A model generated the notes under the pieces. That model worked only from the letters and a program-made list of their open reading frames with translations. It was not told where the DNA came from and ran no database searches. From positions 291,248 to 355,247 of the forward strand of contig RQSC01000029.1 in the NCBI GenBank assembly GCA_013416795.1: a stretch of 64,000 bases of DNA. Reading direction: 5' to 3'. How positions within the stretch are numbered: position 1 is the stretch's first letter; every line of letters starts with the position of its first letter. The position numbers and the translations under genes were made by a program. Of this stretch, positions 1-8,948 are shown one piece after another. This DNA comes from Prasinococcaceae sp. CCMP 1430. Taxonomy: Eukaryota; Plantae; Prasinodermophyta.

Positions 1-115
1 GGGGGGGGGGGGGGGGGGGTGGGGGCAGGCGGGCGGGCGCCGCCCCCTGTGGCGCCACCCCACCCGCGCACGCGCGCAGCCGCCGCCGCCGCACCGGCAC
101 CGCCGCTGAGGCCAT
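1..115 (-). CDS. Possible 5' end of a gene running off the window start (MASAAVPVRRRRLRACAG..., transit-peptide-like)
   Basis: ATG at 115 on the minus strand followed by Ala/Arg-rich codons. It lies divergent to the golgin across an AT-richer spacer carrying AAACCCTA and TATAAAA. No domain is visible. Confidence 0.25.
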   Translation of the reverse strand, partial: MASAAVPVRRRRLRACAGGVAPQGAAPARLPPPPPPPP

Positions 116-524
116 AGAACAAACCCTATCAATATAAAAACCCAATAGACGCTCAACGTCAACTTCGGTTCCAAATTCTCAATGATTCAGGAAGGACTTC
201 AGGAAAGACTGAACCCAAACCTAAACCTGACGTCGCTGGCCGGCCGCTGCTGCTGCTGCTGCTGCGCGAGGCTGTTGGGCGGGTGGGTGGGTGGGGTGGG
301 GATGGGGGGTCGGAGGGCGCCAGAGCGCGCGCTGGGGCCGCGCGGGAGGCGAGACCGCCGCGCGGGGCGCGCGGTCTGTCCCTCCCTCCCGCGCCCTGCC
401 CTGCCCTGCCCTGCACCCGCTCCCCACCCCGCCGCCGTTGGCGTGCCACGGGCTGTGCGCGTGCGGCCGCGCTCGCGCGGGTGCGGCGCGGTGCGGGGCG
501 CGCGGCGGCTCCCTGACGGCGGCG

Positions 525-3500
525 ATGATGGCGGGCGAGACAGTGGAGGCGGGCGGCGCCGTGCTCGCGTCGCCAACGAAGCCGAAGAAGAGCAGCAGCG
601 GCAGCGGCAGTGGGTCCGGCGAGGGGGCGTTCGGCAAGCTCTCGCGCCCGGAGATGGTCAAGCTGTTGACTGAGTCCGCCAAGAAGCTGAAGAAGTATTC
701 GAAGGCAAACGAAGCGCTCAAGAAAACGAACGCGGAACTCGAGCAGGAAAGGGACAGGCTACGCGGCGAGATCGCCGGTGAGGCGGGTGAAGCGCTCTTG
801 AACGACGCCGAGCCATCGACGACACTGCCGCGCAACATCGCGGAGCGGCAACATGCTGAGGCCGAACTCGCACAGGCCGAAATTGCGTGCGCGCGCGCGC
901 GTGCCGAGGAAGTCGAGAGAGAGCTCGAGCAGACGCGCGAAAAGCTATCCAGCATGTCGGGCGGGGTTGACACGGTTGAGGCGCTCGCCGCGGCCAACGC
1001 AGCGAAGGCCGAGCTGAAGGCTGAGATCGACGAGGCTCGGTCGCGTATCGCTGATCTCGGCGCTCAGCTTGCTGCATCGGCGGGCGCGCTGAAGGAGACA
1101 CAGGCTGAGCTTGAAGTACTGAAGGGCCAGCAGGCGGATGCGACCAAGTCCACGGAAAAGGCAGTAGAAACTGCGCGGGCCGAGCTCGAGGCCGCGCGCG
1201 AGGCGCATGCCAAGGAGACGGCGGAGCTGCGCGCTGCTGCTCAGGAGGCCCGCGATGCCCTGGAGGAGATGAAGGCGGACGCCGATGCAACTGCGAGCAG
1301 GGCTGCGGAGCAGACTGCGGTGACAGTTGCCGAACTACAAAAAAAGCTTGATGAGGCTGCAGGCGACGCAAAGCGACAGAAGGCCGAACTTGCCGACTTG
1401 GCAAGAGTCACCGAGGAGGAGCGCGCGGCCGCGATGGCCGAGCTCGAGGCCGAAAGAGCAAGGCGTGCGAAGGAAGGGGCGAAGGCGCAGGAGGCGGCTG
1501 ACGAGGCGAGCCGGACCGCTCGCGAGGCCAACGCGGCTGCTGCCGAAATGGCGCAGAAACTCGAAGACGCGCAGGCAGAGGTGGACAGGCTACGGAAACA
1601 GCAGGCCCAGGAGCTTGGGTCAGCCGGCGAGGCGGCTGAACGATTGCAGGACGAGATGACAACGCTCAGGAAAACCTCCGAGGAGGCCGTTCGCGAGCTC
1701 AAGGCCAGGGCTGCGAGTGACGCCAAGGCCGCTGAAGCTGCGAACGCTGAGCTTGCCTCAAAGCTTGAGAGGGCTGAGGCTGAGGTAGAGTCCCTCACTG
1801 CTCAGCAGACACACGAGGCGGCTTCGGGGAGTGAAGCACGCGCCGAACTCGAGGCGATGCGGGAGAAGCATGCCGAGGATATTGCTGAGTTGCGGGCCGC
1901 AGCGGAGGCGGCCAAGGTGTCAGCGGATGAAGCAGCTGCGAAGCTGAAGGCCAAAGCCGAAAGCACTGCAGCTGAGGCAGCCGAGTCGGCGGCGGATCTC
2001 GCAACAAAATTGGAGGCCGCTCATGCTGAGATAGCGTCGCTGAAGGGAACCATGAGCGCGGCAGGCTCTGCGGAGGAGGCGATTGCGGCGCTGAAGGCTG
2101 AATTTGAGGCGTCACGCGAGGAGCACCATCAAGAGCTCTCCAAGCTGCGCGAGGAGGCGGAAAGCGCAAGAGAAGATGCGGAGAACGAGATGGCGCGCCT
2201 CAAGGCCAGCGTCGACGACGCACAAAGTGATGCAGCGGCTGCGCGCGATGAACTGGCTTCCGCGCGTGCTCGCGCCGAGGGCGCAGGCGAGGCCGAGGAG
2301 GAGGTCGAGCAACTCTCCGAAGAGATTGACGAGCTGCGCGCTACGCTCGCACAACGTGACAAGCAGCTGGAGGAATCGCGCAGGATAGCTTCAAGCAAAG
2401 AGCAGGAGCTGCTTGACGTGCGAGGCACCTCGGACGCTGCAGTGGAGGATGCTCGGCTCAAGTGCGTCGCGCTCGAGGAAGAGCTGGAAGACAAGGTCTC
2501 CTCGCTTCGCCAAGAGGCGGACGACCTGGTGGCGCGGCTCGAGAGTTCGCAGCAGACGGCGAACGCGAACGCGGAACGACTCGCGGAGGTTGAGGCGCGA
2601 GAGGCCGCGGCCAGCCTTGCAACAAAAGAGGAGATCGCCATCCTCACCGAGCAGCTGCGAATCGCCAAAGGCAAGAGCCAGAACATGCAAAGCGGTGTGG
2701 ACTCGGAACGCGAAAAGGTCAAGCATGCGCTCACAGAAATTAAAAAGAGGGCCGACCGCGCTGAGAAGGGTCGCAAAAAGGCCGAGGCGCTCAACGAGAC
2801 GCTCAAAACGCAGGCCGCCACCCAGGCGGACGCCGCTGCGGCGGCGCTCCGCGAGGCGAATGGGCGCTGCGAGGCTGCGGAGGGGGCTGCCGCCGCTGCC
2901 GAAGCCGAGCTCGTCGCGTACCGCGAACGCGCCAGCGCGCTGCTGAAGCGCAAGGACGAGGAGCTCGAGGAGGCGCAAGGCGGTGATGCGCGTGCCCAGC
3001 TCGAACGTGATCTCTCCGATGCGCGAGAGGCTGAGCACAGACTGCAGGCAGAGCTCGATGCGGCCACAGCTCGTGTTGACGCTCTCGTGACGTCCTCAGA
3101 GGCGGCCGCCGCCGACGCCGAAGCCGAGCTCGAGGCGATGGAGGCGAAGCTCCAGGGCGTGCAATCCCGGCTGAAGGCGAAGGAGAAGACGGAACAGCGT
3201 GTAGAGGCTGACCTTCGCGCCAGATGTGCCGAGCTCGAGGGGCGCCTTGCCGAGGCAGAAGGAGCGCTGGCGCAAGCGGATGGCTCATCGACGGGCCCAA
3301 ACCAAGCGCCCGAGGGCCCAAGCTCGCTCTTGGGATCGCCCAGACGCGGCCACGAAAGTGCGCGAAGCAATCCCAGCGTGAGCACCGCATCCGCCGCGGC
3401 GGACGCCGGCTCGCTTGTCACCTTGCGTAGCGAATACAATGCGCTGAAGGAGGAGTTCGCGCACTTCCGTGAGCTGTCCGCCAGCATGCTCGAGGCAAAG

Positions 3501-4076
3501 GACGCCGAAGTGAGTCGGCTGCTGCAGGAGGCTGCGAACATCCGGCTTCAGCCGCGCGCCGCCGGCGTTGGCGTGGGGGGGGCGGCAGTCGACACGACGG
3601 CTGCGAACGGCGGCGCCCTGCAGCGTGCTAACAGCGACATGGAGGCGAAGCTGCTGCAACTCGCCGCTGTGCAGTCGACACGTGACGAGGAGCTCGCCGG
3701 CGCGCGACGCGAGGCGATGGAGGCGATTGCGGAGATGCGCGAGTACGAGTTGGACGCCGAGCGCAACGCGCTGCAGTGCAGCGTGCTCAAGGACGAGATC
3801 CGTGCGCTGCGCCGCGCCGCCGAGCTCGAGCGCATGGGCAAGGAGGTCACCGACATGGAGTACCTGAAATGCACGATCGTCAAGCTGTTGGAGACGGGCG
3901 AATTCGAGGCACTGCTGCCTGTCGTGGCGACCTTGCTCAAGATGTCGCCGGAGGAGGTGAAGCGCATTCGCACCGCATATGAGACGGCTGCGGCGGGTGC
4001 CGTGCCGCTCGCGGGCGCGGCAGCCGCAGCAGACAGCGCAGGGGCGTGGCTGTCTTCCATGTTCGGCGCGTCATGA
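525..4076 (+). CDS. GRIP-domain golgin (long coiled-coil Golgi tether), single exon, about 1180 aa
   Basis: An Ala/Glu-rich heptad coiled coil spans most of the ORF. The C-terminus has a GRIP motif (TDMEYLKCTIVKLL...LLPVVATLLKMSPEE) and the aromatic tail AWLSSMFG. The start is placed at the ATGATG at 525. Confidence 0.85.
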   Translation: MMAGETVEAGGAVLASPTKPKKSSSGSGSGSGEGAFGKLSRPEMVKLLTESAKKLKKYSKANEALKKTNAELEQERDRLRGEIAGEAGEALLNDAEPSTTLPRNIAERQHAEAELAQAEIACARARAEEVERELEQTREKLSSMSGGVDTVEALAAANAAKAELKAEIDEARSRIADLGAQLAASAGALKETQAELEVLKGQQADATKSTEKAVETARAELEAAREAHAKETAELRAAAQEARDALEEMKADADATASRAAEQTAVTVAELQKKLDEAAGDAKRQKAELADLARVTEEERAAAMAELEAERARRAKEGAKAQEAADEASRTAREANAAAAEMAQKLEDAQAEVDRLRKQQAQELGSAGEAAERLQDEMTTLRKTSEEAVRELKARAASDAKAAEAANAELASKLERAEAEVESLTAQQTHEAASGSEARAELEAMREKHAEDIAELRAAAEAAKVSADEAAAKLKAKAESTAAEAAESAADLATKLEAAHAEIASLKGTMSAAGSAEEAIAALKAEFEASREEHHQELSKLREEAESAREDAENEMARLKASVDDAQSDAAAARDELASARARAEGAGEAEEEVEQLSEEIDELRATLAQRDKQLEESRRIASSKEQELLDVRGTSDAAVEDARLKCVALEEELEDKVSSLRQEADDLVARLESSQQTANANAERLAEVEAREAAASLATKEEIAILTEQLRIAKGKSQNMQSGVDSEREKVKHALTEIKKRADRAEKGRKKAEALNETLKTQAATQADAAAAALREANGRCEAAEGAAAAAEAELVAYRERASALLKRKDEELEEAQGGDARAQLERDLSDAREAEHRLQAELDAATARVDALVTSSEAAAADAEAELEAMEAKLQGVQSRLKAKEKTEQRVEADLRARCAELEGRLAEAEGALAQADGSSTGPNQAPEGPSSLLGSPRRGHESARSNPSVSTASAAADAGSLVTLRSEYNALKEEFAHFRELSASMLEAKDAEVSRLLQEAANIRLQPRAAGVGVGGAAVDTTAANGGALQRANSDMEAKLLQLAAVQSTRDEELAGARREAMEAIAEMREYELDAERNALQCSVLKDEIRALRRAAELERMGKEVTDMEYLKCTIVKLLETGEFEALLPVVATLLKMSPEEVKRIRTAYETAAAGAVPLAGAAAAADSAGAWLSSMFGAS

Positions 4077-4235
4077 GTAAGAAAAACGCGCAGGAGCTGG
4101 TGACCACCTGGATGCACGACGCCATCCGTGTGATGTGACGCGAGACGCGAGCGCGTGTGTACAGTCAAAAATGTTTACGTGCGCGCGTTCTCGCGTACGA
4201 GGGCGTGTGGCACATCCGCTTGGGAGCGAGCAATC

Positions 4236-5010
4236 CTACGTGCCGCCACTGTAGGTGTCAAAGCGGTGCTCCGGGGCCAGATACCGCGGGCTCGTCTTCA
4301 GCCATGAGTCGTTCATCTTCCATCCCTTGACGTCCTTCATCTTGAAACGCTCCCACGCGTCCCACATCGACTGCCTCTCCAGGAACCTGTGCCGCGTGCA
4401 GTGGGCGGGCGTGGCAGCGGGCGGCGCACGGTCAGCAAAACGCCCCAGCATGGCGGCGCACACATCCCGGCGCGCGATGCGCGGGGGCGCAAGGCGTTCG
4501 TCGCGCGCTTGCGGCCGCCCCGAAGCGGGGCCCACACCGCGCATTGGCGCACCAGCCTCAGCTCGTATCGTGATTTAGGGTTCGCACCCTGTGCTCGCGG
4601 CGACGCGCCGCGGCGCAGGCGCAGCGCGGCGCGGCGCGGAGCCGGCGCGCAGCAGCACCCAAGCGCTGCGTAAGATCCTCCCGCACCCGCTCGCAAAGCG
4701 CGCCCACTCACTCTTTGTCCTCATACGCCTGCAGGACGGGCGCGGTCACCATCCTGTTGAAGTACCTCTCTTGCTTCTTCGTCCACCACACCTCAGTCGC
4801 GGCCTTCTGGCGGTACATGCCGTAGCAGAAGAGCGTGAACGCGCCCGCCATGAGCAGCGCGCCCGAGGGTCCCGCGTTGGGCATGGAGCGCGAGAAGCGG
4901 ACCGCGGGATACCCGCCCGACGGCGGCATCTCCTGCTTGATTGGCAGCCGGTGGACAGAGTCCACGCCGGACACGCCTGCGCGCCTCGTTCGGATCACAT
5001 AGTCGGTCAT
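4236..5010 (-). CDS. NDUFA13: Complex I subunit B16.6/GRIM-19, two exons (5010-4712, 4386-4236)
   Basis: QEMPPSGGYPAVRFSRSMPNAGPSG motif, one TM helix and a KMKDVKGWK tail. The intron 4711-4387 (GTGAGT...CAG) restores the frame (YEDKE-FLER). Confidence 0.9.
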
Positions 5011-5714
5011 CGCGGCCGCCGCAGCGCGCTGCCACACGCGCGTGCGGGCGGCACGCCTGTGTGTGTGTGTGTGTGTGTGTGGTGGTGGTGGTGGTGGGGG
5101 GGGGGCTCCGCCTCGCCCTCCGCGTCAGCCGGCCGGCCCAAGCGCGGCGCGGCGCGGCGCGGTGTGGCCCCCCTGCACCTCCGCCCGCCCCTCCCCCACC
5201 CCACCCGCACCGAAAAACAATCTCGCTCTTCAAAAAAAAGCTCCTTTTTCTTTTTTTTGCAGGCGTGTGTTTCCAGCCAACACCCATCAAATGATCCACA
5301 AAGCGCTCACGTGGGAGGGAAGCCGTCGGGGCGGCCTGGCGCCCCACCACGCCGCGGATTGAGAAAGCGCGGAGACGCAAGCTTTCTCTCCGACTGAAGA
5401 AGTGCGCGTTTTTAATTAAAAGAATAAAAAGATTTCTCTTCTTTTTCAGTTTTTTTTTTCCTGACGTTGTTTTTGCTGCTTGGCAACTTGGCATGCCTGG
5501 TGGAGGGGGATGCGACACGGCGCGCGGCGCCGGCCGGCCGCAGCCTGTCTGCGGGCGTCCCAGGGGGGCGGCCTCCAATCCGCTCCACAGGGCGCGCGCG
5601 GCGCGCGCCAAAAAAAGGTGCCCGCGCGCGGCGGGGTTGGTTACGGGCTCACGCTCGCGAGCCACAGCCTCTCAGCGGGCGTCCTAGGAGACCGGCCTTC
5701 GCTCTGCGGGCGCC

Positions 5715-6350
5715 ATGGGGGGCGGCTGCCCGTTCCTGCACGGCGGCATGACGTCGGCGCGCGCGGGCCGCACGCCGCGCGATTGGTGGCCCGAGCGCCT
5801 CGACCTCTCACTGATGCGCCAGCACGGGAGCGGTACGGACCCGATGGGCGCTGGCTTCGACTACCGCGCCGCTTTCGCCAAGCTCGACTACGACGCCCTG
5901 AAGGCGGATCTCGCCGCCCTGATGACCGATAGCAAGGAGTGGTGGCCCGCCGACTGGGGGCACTACGGCCCGCTCTTCGTCAGAATGACGTGGCACATGG
6001 CCGGCACCTACCGTGCTGGTGATGGGCGAGGTGGCGGTAACGCCGGCAACCAGAGGTTTGCGCCGCTCAACTCATGGCCGGACAACGGAAATCTCGACAA
6101 GGCGCGACGGCTGCTGTGGCCAATCAAGAAGAAGTACGGCAACAGCATCAGCTGGGCGGACCTGTTCATCCTTGTCGGGGTCGTGGCGATAGAGTCGATG
6201 GGCGGCCCCGTGATTGGCTTCGGCGGCGGTCGGCCTGACATTTATATGCCTGAGGCAGACACGTACTGGGGCAAGGAAGCGGAGTGGCTCGGTGACAAGC
6301 GCTACGGCGCCACGCGCCAGTCGCTGGAGGCCCCGCTGGCGGCGGTCCAG

Positions 6351-6382
<32 letters not shown>

Positions 6383-7856
6383 CGGCGGCATCCCCGACCC
6401 CCTGCTGAGCGCGCAGGACATCCGCGAGACGTTCGCTCGGATGGCCATGAACGACGAGGAGACCGTGGCATTGGTTGCGGGAGGTCACACCTTCGGGAAG
6501 TGCCACGGTGCGGGCGATGCGGCGCTCGTGGGCCCGGAACCGGAGGGCGCGCCCATCGAGCAGATGGGCTTGGGCTGGAAGAGCGCACACGCCAGCGGGA
6601 AGGGGCGCGACGCCATCACCAGTGGGATCGAGGGCGCGTGGACACCCAACCCCACCACGTGGGACCGCGGCTACTTCGACATGCTCCTCGGGTACGAGTG
6701 GCAGCTAAGCAAGAGCCCCGCCGGCGCGCATCAGTGGGTGCCGGTGGGTGCCGGGCCCGAGCACATGGCGCCAGATGCGGGCGATGCGTCCGTGCGCGTG
6801 TCGTGCATCATGACCACGGCGGACATGGCGCTCGCGAAGGACCCCGCGTACGCGGCCATCTCCAAGCGCTTCCGCGAGGACCACGCCGCGTTCAGCGATG
6901 CGTTCGCGAGGGCGTGGTTCAAGCTGCTCCACAGGGACATGGGTCCCAAGGCGCGATACCTGGGCCCGGACGTTCCCCAGGAGGACTTCTTGTGGCAGGA
7001 CAACGTGCCTGCCGGCAACGCCGACTACAGCATCGACGGCCTGAAGAGCGACCTGCGTTCGAGCGGTCTGAGCGCCGCAGAAATGGCGGAGACCGCCTGG
7101 GCGAGCGCGGCCACCTTCCGTTGCTCCGATTTTCGCGGCGGCGCGAACGGCGCGCGCATTCGCCTCGAGCCGCAGCGCGGGTGGGAGGCAAACAAGCCAG
7201 AACAGCTTGCCAGGGTCCTCGACGTCCTCACGCCCCTCGCCAAGAAGCATGGCGCCAGCGTGGCGGACACCATCGTGCTCGCCGGCGTGGTCGCCGTCGA
7301 GGGCGCGCTCGCCGCCAGCGCCGACGCTGACGTGCGAGCCGTTGACGTGCCCTTCCGTGCTGGCCGTGGCGATGCCTCGCAGGAGGAGACAGACGTGGAG
7401 TCCTTCGCAGTGCTCGAACCGGTCGCAGACGGCTTTCGCAACTTTCTGAAGCCAGGGCTCGGCGTGGCGGCCGAGGAACTTATGGTCGACAGGGCACAGC
7501 TTCTCGGCCTCACCGTGCCCGAGATGGTCGTGCTCGTCGCCGGCCTGCGCTCGATGGGCGTGAGCTCCGATGGGAGAGGCCTGTTCGCAGGCGGCGAAGC
7601 GCAGGGCCTGTCCCCGGCGTTCCTCAGCACGCTGATGGACACGATCGAGTGGCGCAAGACTGGCGAGGACGCATTCGAAGCACACGGCCCAGGGGGCACC
7701 ACGCTCACTGCCTCTCGCTGCGATCTCATCTTCGGCAGGCACTCGGAGCTACGCGCGGTCTCCGAGGTGTACGCGCAAGACGACGCCCCCGCAAAGTTCG
7801 CGCGAGACTTCGTGGCTGCGTTCGACAAGGTCATGGAGAACGGCAGGTTCGACTGA
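5715..7856 (+). CDS. katG: Catalase-peroxidase (bacterial-type KatG), intronless, 713 aa
   Basis: The distal RMTWH motif, the [10 protein letters not shown] adduct loop, proximal [10 protein letters not shown] and the duplicated C-terminal domain ([11 protein letters not shown]) are all present. Confidence 0.97.
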
Positions 7857-8106
7857 CACGGTTGAATGCCTCACACCCGAGACGCCCCTCCGCCCGTGGC
7901 AGCCTTGGCAGTGCCGAGACTGGGGCCTGAGAGCTACCATCGATGACACGTCGAGATAGTGCGTAGGAACTACCAGCTGTTCCCCTATAAGAAAGAAACA
8001 GAGTGCTGGACACGTGCATTTGATTGTGTAGGGAGTGCCGCGATTGCAAGCGCCGCAGAGGCAAGTTGGAATAACCGCCAGACGGCGCGGTGCGCGCGCG
8101 GCGCCG

Positions 8107-8862
8107 ATGGGTTGCGCGTCGAGTAAGGGCACGGGGGGGGCGTCGGCGCCAAGGATTGTCGGCGCGGCCGGCAGCGCGGCGGGGGCCGCGAGCGCGGCCG
8201 GTGTCGACGCGAAGAATCTGCGCGTGAAGCTCGTGCTGCTTGGCGACAGCGGGGTCGGCAAGAGTTGCATCGTGCTGCGATTCGTTCACGGGCAGTTCGA
8301 CCCCAGCAGCAAGGTCACAGTGGGCGCGGCATTTCTCTCACAGGTGCGCTCGCGCGCCTTGGCTGCGCGGTCCCTGCTGCGGGCCTGAGCGCCGCGCCTT
8401 GCCCGCGCGCCTTTTCTTTTCGCGCGGGCTGCAGTTGACGCAAATGGCTCCGCGCACGTGCGGCTGGGTGCCCCTCAGACGGTCGCTCTCGCCGACTCCA
8501 CCTCGGTGAAGTTCGAGATCTGGGATACAGCCGGCCAGGAGCGCTATGCATCGCTCGCGCCGCTGTATTACCGCGGTGCGAGCGCTGCTGCTGTCGTGTT
8601 CGACATCACCGACGTCGAGACGCTCAAGAAGGCCAAGTTCTGGGTCAAGGAGCTGCAAAAGCACGCGAGCGCGACCATGACCATCGCGCTGGTCGGCAAC
8701 AAGAGCGACCTGGAGGAGCAGAGGGAGGTAACACGGGAGGAGGCCGAGGAGTACGTCGCTGAGGTGGGCGAGGGCATGTTCTACATGGAGACCAGTGCTA
8801 AGACGGCGTCCAACGTCAACGAGCTCTTTGCCGCCATCGCCGAGAATCTCTCGAAGGCGTGA
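8107..8862 (+). CDS. RABF1: Rab5-family GTPase of the ARA6/RabF1 type, exons 8107-8343 and 8479-8862
   Basis: [29 protein letters not shown] and ETSAK motifs. The N-terminus is MGC (myristoylation/palmitoylation) and there is no C-terminal prenylation Cys. GT-AG intron 8344-8478. Confidence 0.92.
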
Positions 8863-8948
8863 GCGAGGAAGCGAGGTGTAAGCAACGCCCGCGCAGGGCG
8901 GGTGCAAAACGCGTGTACGTTATCATATCCATATCTCTACGTGTCTGT

